A DNA stretch of 10,888 nt from Myxococcota bacterium (GTDB lineage Bacteria > Myxococcota > JACRCW01): the NCBI GenBank assembly GCA_040752415.1, contig JBFMGU010000326.1, forward strand, positions 1-10,888. The letters are read 5' to 3'. This document shows positions 1 to 6,961 of this stretch, in pieces (the first letter of the stretch is position 1; each line of letters starts with the position of its first letter). Both the position numbers and the translations under genes were made by a program. Under the pieces are notes generated by a model, which saw only the letters and a list, made by a program, of their open reading frames with translations, was not told where the DNA came from and did no database searches.

Positions 1-444
1 GGAGGACGCGGCGGGGGCATCGTGTTCGTCTTCGCGGACTACGTCCTGCCGGACAATGATTTCGGCAACGTGGAGGCGCTGCACGCCAACGGCGGCATTG
101 GCAACGTCGGCACCGTCGACAACGGTCTCCCTCCTCCACTTCCGCGCGCGCTGGGCAGTGAAGGCGGTGGTGGCGGCGGCGCGGGCGGCAGCGTGTTGCT
201 CTACGTGGGGAGCGTGGGCGCCGAGATTGCCGTGAGGGCCAATGGCGCCAACGGTGGCGACGGCGCTGGAACCGGTGCGGCGGGGGGCGGCGGCGGAGGC
301 GCGGGACGACCGGTCATCTACGGAGACTTCTCCAGCATCACGTGCGAGGCCGAGGGCGGTGCGGGAGGCGTGGGCCCCGGAGCCGCCAACGACGGACAGC
401 CCGCCAACTCCGGCACGTGCACCACGCGCGCACCCATCCGGTGA
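1..444 (+). CDS. C-terminal part of a glycine-rich, probably secreted/surface protein (5'-truncated by the window edge)
   Basis: Frame 1 is open from base 1 (GGRGGGIVFVFAD...) to TGA at 442-444, so the track's start at 22 is an internal GTG. Poly-Gly runs are followed by short hydrophobic strands (GGRGGGIVFV, GGGGGGAGGSVLLY, GGGGGGAGRPVIY) and alternate with ANGG/ANGANGG motifs. This pattern resembles myxobacterial glycine-rich (AgmC-like) proteins. Confidence 0.75.
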   Translation, partial: GGRGGGIVFVFADYVLPDNDFGNVEALHANGGIGNVGTVDNGLPPPLPRALGSEGGGGGGAGGSVLLYVGSVGAEIAVRANGANGGDGAGTGAAGGGGGGAGRPVIYGDFSSITCEAEGGAGGVGPGAANDGQPANSGTCTTRAPIR

Positions 445-462
445 CGACGAGCAACGGCCCTG

Positions 463-1290
463 TCAGCCTTTCACCGCGCCCGCCGTCAGCCCACCCACCA
501 GCTGCTTCTGCAGCGCAAAGAACAACGCCATCACCGGGATGGAAACCAGGATGGCCCCCGCCGCGAACAGTCCCCACGCCGTGCTCTTGGCGCCCACGTA
601 CTGCGCCAGCACCACCGGCAGCGTGTAGCTGGTCTCCCGGCTCATGAACTTGGCGGCCAGGATGTACTCGTTCCACGCCGTCATGAAGCTGAAGAGCGCG
701 GTGACGGCAATGCCCGGTCGCGCCAGCGGCAGGATGACCTTGGAGAGGATCTGCGCGCGGTTGGCGCCGTCGAGCATGGCGGCCTCCTCGAGGTCCTTGG
801 GCAGGGTGTCAAAGAAGCCCTTCAGCATCCACGTCGAGAACGGAACGCTCGTCGTGGCGTAGACCAGCACCAGGCCCACGAGCTGGTCGAGCAGGTTGAG
901 CCGGTCCAGGATGGCGTAGAGCGGAACCATCATCAGCGTGCCCGGGAACATCTGTGTGAGCAGCATGGCGCTCAGCGTGAGTCGACGACCGGGGAAGCGG
1001 AAGCGGCTCAGCGCGTAGGCAGCCAACGTCGCCAGCAGCACGCCCAACACCGCGGTGGCCAGGGAGACGGAGATGCTGTTGAAGAGCTGGTGGCCAAACA
1101 CCCACGTGCCATCCAGGCTGCTGTTGCCCACCACCTTGCGGAAATTCTCGTCGCTGACCTGCTGCGGGATGGGTGAGAGGCCCACCGCGAACGCCTGCGA
1201 CGGCGTCAGCGCCATGCGGATGACCCACAGCACCGGGTAGATGGTGGCAAAGCTGATGAGCACCAGCGCAACGTGGACAAGGACGTTCAT
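463..1290 (-). CDS. malG: Sugar ABC transporter permease, MalG family (275 aa)
   Basis: Motifs AAYALSRFRFPGR, TQMFPG and the EAA loop LPKDLEEAAMLDGA, plus FMTAWNEY and C-terminal QKQLVGGLTAGAVKG. The start is placed at ATG 1290 (MNVLVH...), 2 nt after the upstream TAG, with GGAG 5 nt upstream. The track's 1518 start overlaps the upstream gene by over 200 nt. Confidence 0.93.
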   Translation of the reverse strand: MNVLVHVALVLISFATIYPVLWVIRMALTPSQAFAVGLSPIPQQVSDENFRKVVGNSSLDGTWVFGHQLFNSISVSLATAVLGVLLATLAAYALSRFRFPGRRLTLSAMLLTQMFPGTLMMVPLYAILDRLNLLDQLVGLVLVYATTSVPFSTWMLKGFFDTLPKDLEEAAMLDGANRAQILSKVILPLARPGIAVTALFSFMTAWNEYILAAKFMSRETSYTLPVVLAQYVGAKSTAWGLFAAGAILVSIPVMALFFALQKQLVGGLTAGAVKG

Positions 1291-1292
1291 GG

Positions 1293-3524
1293 CTACTCCA
1301 GCGCCTTCTCCAGGCTGCCCGTGACGCGGTTGGTGAACAGCGAGTACCCCAGCAGGATGAGGAAGATCAGCGTGCTGTACGCCGCGCTGAGACCAAACGC
1401 GCCACCGGGCCCACGCTCGAACGCCCAGCGGAACGCCTCGGTGACGAGGAGGTCGGTGCGTCCGTCGGGATTGCCGCCGCTGACCAGGTAGACCACGTTG
1501 AACTGGTTGAAGGTCCACACGCTGCCCAGCAGCACCGCCGGAAGCAGCGCCGGCTTCAAGAGCGGCAGCGTGATGAGTCGGAACTGCTGCGCGCGACTGG
1601 CTCCGTCGAGACGCGCGGCTTCATACAGGTCCGAGGGAATGGACTGCAGCGCGCCCAGGCACACCACCATCATGAACGGGAAGCCCAGCCACGTGTTGGT
1701 GACCAGGTTGGCCAGGAATGCCGTCGTCACCTCGCCCATCCAGCTCATGCCGCGCGTGTTGAGCCCGAACTGCGCCAGCACCTCGTTCACCGCGCCCAGG
1801 TCCGGGTGGAACATGCCCTTCCAGATGAGCGCCGTGATGTAGCTGGGGACCGCCCACGGGATGATGAGCAGCACGCGGTAGAAGCCCTTCAGCTTCAATC
1901 CCTTGATGTTCAGCACCAACGCCAACGCCAGCCCAATCCCCACGTGCAGCGACACATTCAGCACCGTCCAGAACACCGTCATGCCCAGCGTGTACAGGAA
2001 GCGTCCGTCGGTGCCGGAGAGCAGGTCGCGGTAGTTGGCCAGGCCCACGAAGTCCCAGCGCCCGTAGGTGTGCCGGAAGAAACCCATGCCGATCCCGACG
2101 AGGAACGGGCAGAACGTCAGCACCGCCATCGCCACCAGCGCGGGTGACATGTAGACGTAGGCCAGTCGTGTGATGCGCGAATCGAACGTGCTGGAGAGCG
2201 CGCGCGTCATCTGGAGCTTGCGGTTGGTCCACACCCCCGACGCCAACGCCAGTCCCACCATCAGCAGCGTGAATCCGTGGAACGGGCCTTCCTCCTTGGG
2301 AACATCCACCTTGGCCAGCACGCCCTCCACCTTGCCTTGCGCCTCCTTGAGGGCCTCTTCCGCCGTCGTGGAGCCGTGCAGGACCAGGCCAAGCACGTTG
2401 TCCATGGGCGACCAGAGGCTCTTCATCGCCGGCGTGTTGGGCGTGGCGTAGGTGTTGGGGAGCTGGTCGCGGAAGGCCCAGAGAACTTCCCCGTCGGTGC
2501 GGCTGAGACCATCCCACGCGGACTTCAGCGCCACCGGCTGCTTCCCGACGAGAAGCCGTTCCCTCGCACTGGCTTCTCCGGCGAGAAACGCGGCGGCCAT
2601 CATGGCCAGCTCCTGGTTCTTCCCCTTGGCGCTGACGAACACGGCCTCGCTGCTGAGGAACGGGCGCGCGGGCTTTCCGCTCTCGCTGATGATGGGCAGC
2701 GGCGCCACACCGACGGGAATCTTGGGGTCCAGGTCCCCCAGCACCCACGGACCGGTGATGGCCATGGCGGCCTTCCCCTCGCTGAACAGCGCCGTCACCA
2801 GCGCCCCATTCACCTCCTGCGGGACGATCTTCTCCTGCTGCAGGAGCCGCGCGGCGAACTTCACGCTCTCCGCGTTCTCCTTGCTGTCCAGCTTGGGTCT
2901 TCCGTCGTCACCAAAGAGGGAACCGCCGAAGCCGAAGAGCCACGGCGCGTGGAAATAGAGCAGCCCGTTCTCGTAGACGAGGCCGTACTTCCCTTCGTCA
3001 ATGTTCGTGATCTTCCTACCCGCGGCGATCATCTCGTCGGTGGTGCGCGGCGGGGTGGGGAGCAGGTCCTTGCGGTACACCAGCGCCGCGCTCTTGAAGG
3101 CCAGCGGGATACCGTAGAGCTTGCCGCGGTAGATGAGCGGGGTCACCGTCTCGGGGAAGAAGCCGCGCAGCGTGGTCGGGTCCACCTCCCCTTCCATGGG
3201 ACGGAGGATGCCGGCCTCGGCCCAGTCACCAATGGTGTCGTGGGCGAAGATGAAGAGGTCCGGTCCGCGGTTGCGCGGGACCGCCGCGGTGATCTTGTCG
3301 ACGAGCGCGTCGTACGGGATGGCCAGCGGGTCCAGCGTGTATGGGACCGTGGCGTCGTCGTTGAGCCGCTTGGCCAGGTTCTCCAGCGCCTCGCGCTCTG
3401 TGCCGCGGTAGGCGTGCCACAACACCAGCCGCGTGCGACCACTGCTGGCGCCAGCGTCGGGAACCTCGTCGGCGCGCGCGGTGAACGGGAGGAGGAGCAG
3501 CGCTGCCAGGATGAGGCGACGCAT
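1293..3524 (-). CDS. malEF: Fused maltodextrin-type solute-binding protein and permease (MalE-MalF fusion, 743 aa)
   Basis: Signal peptide MRRLILAALLLLPFTARA. MalE-like motifs GPDLFIFAHD, YRKDLLPTPPRT, AMAITGPW and PNTPAMKSLW, then a short linker (~2275-2325). MalF motifs follow: LIIPWAVP, NTWLGFPFMM, EAA loop IPSDLYEAARLDGAS, FNQFNVVYL and TDLLVT. It is one uninterrupted ORF. GGAGG (3536-3532) lies 7 nt before ATG 3524 but only 1 nt before GTG 3530, so 3524 is preferred. Confidence 0.92.
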   Translation of the reverse strand: MRRLILAALLLLPFTARADEVPDAGASSGRTRLVLWHAYRGTEREALENLAKRLNDDATVPYTLDPLAIPYDALVDKITAAVPRNRGPDLFIFAHDTIGDWAEAGILRPMEGEVDPTTLRGFFPETVTPLIYRGKLYGIPLAFKSAALVYRKDLLPTPPRTTDEMIAAGRKITNIDEGKYGLVYENGLLYFHAPWLFGFGGSLFGDDGRPKLDSKENAESVKFAARLLQQEKIVPQEVNGALVTALFSEGKAAMAITGPWVLGDLDPKIPVGVAPLPIISESGKPARPFLSSEAVFVSAKGKNQELAMMAAAFLAGEASARERLLVGKQPVALKSAWDGLSRTDGEVLWAFRDQLPNTYATPNTPAMKSLWSPMDNVLGLVLHGSTTAEEALKEAQGKVEGVLAKVDVPKEEGPFHGFTLLMVGLALASGVWTNRKLQMTRALSSTFDSRITRLAYVYMSPALVAMAVLTFCPFLVGIGMGFFRHTYGRWDFVGLANYRDLLSGTDGRFLYTLGMTVFWTVLNVSLHVGIGLALALVLNIKGLKLKGFYRVLLIIPWAVPSYITALIWKGMFHPDLGAVNEVLAQFGLNTRGMSWMGEVTTAFLANLVTNTWLGFPFMMVVCLGALQSIPSDLYEAARLDGASRAQQFRLITLPLLKPALLPAVLLGSVWTFNQFNVVYLVSGGNPDGRTDLLVTEAFRWAFERGPGGAFGLSAAYSTLIFLILLGYSLFTNRVTGSLEKALE

Positions 3525-3526
3525 CT

Positions 3527-4597
3527 TCACCCCTCCATCCGCACGCCCTTGGCATCGAACAGGTGCGCGCTTCCCTCTTGGACGGACACGGGAACGCGCG
3601 TGCCCGGCTTCGGCTCCTCGCTCCCCACCAGCGACGTGAAATGCGTTCCCCCCAACGTGCCCAGCGCATAGCTCTCCGCGCCCAGGCGCTCCACCACTTC
3701 CACTTCCATCTCGCCCAGCACCTTGCCGTGCTTCCCCACGGTGACGTGCTGCGGACGGATGCCCAGCGTGACCTCACCCGTGCCCCTGGTGTCGACGTCG
3801 ATGAAGAAGCCCTTCCCGCTCACTGTTCCGTCGCTGAGCGTGCCGGGGAGGAAGTTCATGGTCGGCGTGCCCAGGAATCCCGCCACGAACTTGTTGGCCG
3901 GCTTGCGGTACACCTCCAGCGGCGGGCCCACCTGCTGCACGTAACCCTCGGCCATCACCACCACGCGGTCCGCCAGCGTCATGGCTTCCACCTGGTCATG
4001 CGTGACGTAGACGGTGGTGGTCTCGAACCGGCGACGGAGCCGGGCAATCTCCGCGCGCACCTCGCTGCGCAGCTTGGCGTCCAGGTTGCTGAGCGGCTCG
4101 TCGAAGAGGAACGCCTTGGGCTTGCGCACAATGGCGCGACCCATGGCCACGCGCTGCCGTTGTCCGCCGGAGAGCTGGCTGGGTTTGCGGTGCAACAGGT
4201 CCGTGAGGCCCAGGATGCCCGCGGCCTCCTTCACGCGCGTGTCCACCTCGGACTGCGGCGTCTTCCGCACGCGCAGGCCAAACGCAATGTTCTCGTAGAC
4301 GGTGAGGTGCGGATAGAGCGCGTAGCTCTGGAACACCATGGCCACGTCGCGCTCACCGGGGTGGACGGCGTTCACCTTGCGCTCGCCGATGAGGAGGTCC
4401 CCGCTGGTGGGCTCTTCCAGGCCCGCGATCATGCGCAGCGTGGTGCTCTTGCCGCAGCCGGAGGGCCCCACGAGGACCACGAATTCTCCGTCGGCAATCT
4501 CCAGGTCCAGGCGCGCCACGACGACCTTGGGCGCCAGGTTCTTCCGGCTGGCATCCACAAAGCTCTTGGTGACGCCACGAAAAGAGATGCTGGCCAT
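3527..4597 (-). CDS. malK: Sugar ABC transporter ATP-binding protein, MalK/MsmX/UgpC family (356 aa)
   Basis: Walker A GPSGCGKST, Q-loop VFQSYALYPH, signature LSGGQRQR, Walker B FLFDEPLSNLD and H-loop VTHDQ. It also has FVAGFLGTPTMN and a C-terminal TOBE-like region (LGIRPQH, VVERLGAE, HLFD). Confidence 0.95.
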   Translation of the reverse strand: MASISFRGVTKSFVDASRKNLAPKVVVARLDLEIADGEFVVLVGPSGCGKSTTLRMIAGLEEPTSGDLLIGERKVNAVHPGERDVAMVFQSYALYPHLTVYENIAFGLRVRKTPQSEVDTRVKEAAGILGLTDLLHRKPSQLSGGQRQRVAMGRAIVRKPKAFLFDEPLSNLDAKLRSEVRAEIARLRRRFETTTVYVTHDQVEAMTLADRVVVMAEGYVQQVGPPLEVYRKPANKFVAGFLGTPTMNFLPGTLSDGTVSGKGFFIDVDTRGTGEVTLGIRPQHVTVGKHGKVLGEMEVEVVERLGAESYALGTLGGTHFTSLVGSEEPKPGTRVPVSVQEGSAHLFDAKGVRMEG

Positions 4598-4609
4598 GGG
4601 GGAACCTGT

Positions 4610-6853
4610 TCAGAACGACGCGCTGACCGTGGCGATGCTGCGCATCACATGGTTGAGGTGCTGGTTCAGCTCGGGCTTGGAAGTGATCATATCCTTGTTC
4701 AGGTACTCCAACCGATACCAGAAACTCGCCGCGCCCATGACGTAGCGCGCCTCGACGTGAAGCTTGTTCTTGAACGTGTGGTAGTCGGGATAGTCGGCCA
4801 CGCCCCCCACCACGGCGCCGCTGCGGTTGAGCTCAAGCCAATAGCTGAAGTCATTGCCCGCGGCGAGCGTGAGGTTGTCCGTCACGGGGTAGTCCACGGC
4901 GGCGCGCAGGAAGAACAGGTGCCCGTAGTAGTCGTCCTCCGACGGCGTGAAATAGATGCGCCGGCCCTCGGCGTCGTTGGTGCCGGTGTCGCCGGTGGGG
5001 CTGCGCCAGTCGACGTCGAAGATGTACTTGCCCTTGGCGCGCAGCGTGATGCCGCGGAGGACGGGGACGGTGTAGGCGCCCTTGAGCATGGTGATGATGC
5101 TGAAGCGGTTCTGGTTCTGCGCGTAGACGGCGCGCGGGTCACGACCGCGGTCATTGGTGTTGGCGAACGTGTAGAAGTCCGTGTCCGTCATGCCCTCGTT
5201 GTAGAGGAAATCCGGGTACACGCTGCGCGTGTTGCGACCATTGCGACACATGCCCGGCTCCCAGATGGGGTCCACCGGGAGCGCGTTGATGATCTGCTGT
5301 TCCACGTCGACACCGGAGCGCTGCAGGTCGGTCTGTCCGGGGAAGCAGGTGTTGGTGTTGTAGTAGATGCCGGTGAGCTCCCCGAGGATCTGGCTGGTGC
5401 CGGGCGCCCACTCTCCCTGCAGCGTGACGCCGTGCCAGCCCACCGCGCTCTCGTAGAACGGGTCGACGAAGTCCTGGAACTCATTGGCCACGTTCAGCGT
5501 GGGGACCTGGCCGCCTTCAATGAACCCGTCGGTGAGCAGCACGTCCGCCTCCCGACGCGCACCCATCGTCGCCACCCAGTCCGGACCGATGTTGAAATAT
5601 TCGAGGCGGAGGAACGTGGCCCAGCCAAACGGGTCCAGGATCTCTCCGCGCGCAATGGCGGCCCAGCCATAGGCCACGCGGTACGGAATGGGACTGAACC
5701 CCTGGCTCCCCTCGACGGTGTTGAACGCCAGCTTGCGGTTCGGCTCACTGCGACTCACGCCCAACAGCGCCGTGCCCTTGAGCCACTCCCACTCCGCCTT
5801 TCCCGCAACGGTGCTGTTGAGATTGGTGTAGCGGAGGTTCGTCTGCACCACGCCGTCGCGCTCGTCGATCACGTTGTCGCTGCCAATGGCGTCGGGGTCG
5901 TCGGTGTCGGCCTCCTCGTCGACAATGAAGCTGTTGACGTTCTCCAGCTGCAGGTAGCGCCAGGGCTCGGTGGTGAACTTGGCAACGTAGACGGCGTCAC
6001 GCGCCCAGAAGGGGTTCTGCACCAGCGGGTCCTGGATGCCGGTGTTGTATCCCGCCGACGCGTACAGCTTGGGCAGCGCCACCCGCGCGAAGTGGTAGCT
6101 GAACCAGCGCTTGTACCCGCCGTCCAGGAAGATGCCGCGCGCGTTGTCGCGGTCGATGTAGCGCTGTTTCCCGACGGTGAAGGAGTTGAACTGGCCCAGG
6201 TCGCTGCTGCCGAAGTGCACGTAGCGCACCGTGGGGATGGGCGGGGCGGCGCGGATGAAGACGCCACGAAGCTGCATGTACGCCGCGTGGTCCATGCCCA
6301 GCGACTGTCCCGATCCGTCGATGCGACCGAAGTTGCCACTCACGGGGTCAATGCGACGGTCGCCGTTCTCGTAGAAGTCGGCCCACTGCATGCCCCAGCG
6401 GGAGGCCACGCGCGCGCCCGCCTCCACCTGGTCCCCCACGCGACCATTGAAGAGCAGCTGCAGCTCGCTGGCCGCGCCGTTGTTGCCGGAGAAGTTGTCG
6501 CCTTGCGGGTTGGGCGTGCCCCAGGTGACCGCGCCGTTGCTCTGGTCATTCTGGAAGAGCAGCTTGTTGTAGATGTCCGCGCGCATGGTCAGCGACGGAG
6601 GCGGAGGCGGCGGAGGAGCCAGGGCCGCCTGGTCCGCGCTGTACTGCTGCAGCCGCGCCTCGATGAGCTGCTCCACGTACGCCTGCTGTTCCGGCGTGAG
6701 CGGCGGTGGAGGCTGCGCGGTGTCGGCGGGGGGCGTGGTGGCGTCCTGGGCGCGTGCCGGGGATGAAGACAGCGCGGCCAGGAGGCTCAACGACGCGACG
6801 GAAAGGGACGGCCAGCGGGGCAAGTGCACCGTTGGGCGCGGAGTGTTGAGCAT
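4610..6853 (-). CDS. Putative outer-membrane beta-barrel protein of unassigned family (747 aa); candidate carbohydrate channel
   Basis: Signal peptide ends ...LSLLAALSSSPARA/QD, followed by a Pro-rich and helical N-terminal stretch. There are many amphipathic, aromatic-rich strands (e.g. FWYRLEYL, LFFLRAAVDY, LRLEYFNI) and no long hydrophobic helix in the mature part. The C-terminus IATVSASF matches the terminal-Phe beta-signal. The start at ATG 6853 has AGAGG upstream. The ORF is secure; the function is inferred. Confidence 0.75.
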   Translation of the reverse strand: MLNTPRPTVHLPRWPSLSVASLSLLAALSSSPARAQDATTPPADTAQPPPPLTPEQQAYVEQLIEARLQQYSADQAALAPPPPPPPSLTMRADIYNKLLFQNDQSNGAVTWGTPNPQGDNFSGNNGAASELQLLFNGRVGDQVEAGARVASRWGMQWADFYENGDRRIDPVSGNFGRIDGSGQSLGMDHAAYMQLRGVFIRAAPPIPTVRYVHFGSSDLGQFNSFTVGKQRYIDRDNARGIFLDGGYKRWFSYHFARVALPKLYASAGYNTGIQDPLVQNPFWARDAVYVAKFTTEPWRYLQLENVNSFIVDEEADTDDPDAIGSDNVIDERDGVVQTNLRYTNLNSTVAGKAEWEWLKGTALLGVSRSEPNRKLAFNTVEGSQGFSPIPYRVAYGWAAIARGEILDPFGWATFLRLEYFNIGPDWVATMGARREADVLLTDGFIEGGQVPTLNVANEFQDFVDPFYESAVGWHGVTLQGEWAPGTSQILGELTGIYYNTNTCFPGQTDLQRSGVDVEQQIINALPVDPIWEPGMCRNGRNTRSVYPDFLYNEGMTDTDFYTFANTNDRGRDPRAVYAQNQNRFSIITMLKGAYTVPVLRGITLRAKGKYIFDVDWRSPTGDTGTNDAEGRRIYFTPSEDDYYGHLFFLRAAVDYPVTDNLTLAAGNDFSYWLELNRSGAVVGGVADYPDYHTFKNKLHVEARYVMGAASFWYRLEYLNKDMITSKPELNQHLNHVMRSIATVSASF

Positions 6854-6861
6854 GTCTGACG

Positions 6862-6939
6862 GGTTCCTCTCGCGTCGTCGACCGATGGATGACCCAGGAA
6901 CCGACCCACCGCCCCGCATTCATCCGCGACGGCGGGCGG
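6862..6939 (-). promoter_or_regulatory. Two tandem stem-loops in the intercistronic leader of the beta-barrel gene; the second overlaps its likely RBS
   Basis: On the minus-strand mRNA, CCGCCCGC (6939-6932) pairs with GCGGGGCGG (6917-6909, 1-nt bulge). GGTTCCT (6902-6896) pairs perfectly with AGGAACC (6868-6862), which includes the AGGA of the putative Shine-Dalgarno. Confidence 0.35.
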
Positions 6940-6961
6940 CCCTATGTTGGCCTAAGCGGGA

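Noticed and set aside
1291..1518. 76-aa N-terminal extension of MalG in the ORF track
   Set aside because: It overlaps the 3' end of malEF and does not resemble a permease. ATG 1290 has an RBS and gives a normal MalG length.
2277..3671. 464-aa plus-strand ORF and other short ORFs over malEF/malG
   Set aside because: They lie antisense or out of frame to motif-supported transporter genes and have Arg/Gly/Ala-rich shadow composition.
6597..6619. GGAGGC-type short tandem repeat as a phase-variation tract
   Set aside because: It is imperfect, codon-phased and simply encodes the poly-Pro linker, so slippage would not shift the frame.
3563..6766. 1067-aa plus-strand ORF
   Set aside because: It is the antisense shadow of malK and the barrel gene. 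GC-rich codon usage leaves few stops on the opposite strand, and the translation has no recognisable motifs.
4610..6853. Annotation as LamB or as a TonB-dependent receptor
   Set aside because: No LamB signature and the wrong size. No recognisable TonB box or plug motif, and no tonB/exbBD or susD-like gene in the cluster. A structure search is needed to exclude these completely.
6854..6919. Longer start (6919) for the barrel gene, and 7810 for the DOMON gene
   Set aside because: Both add residues ahead of the signal peptide and lack an RBS. The downstream ATGs fit better.
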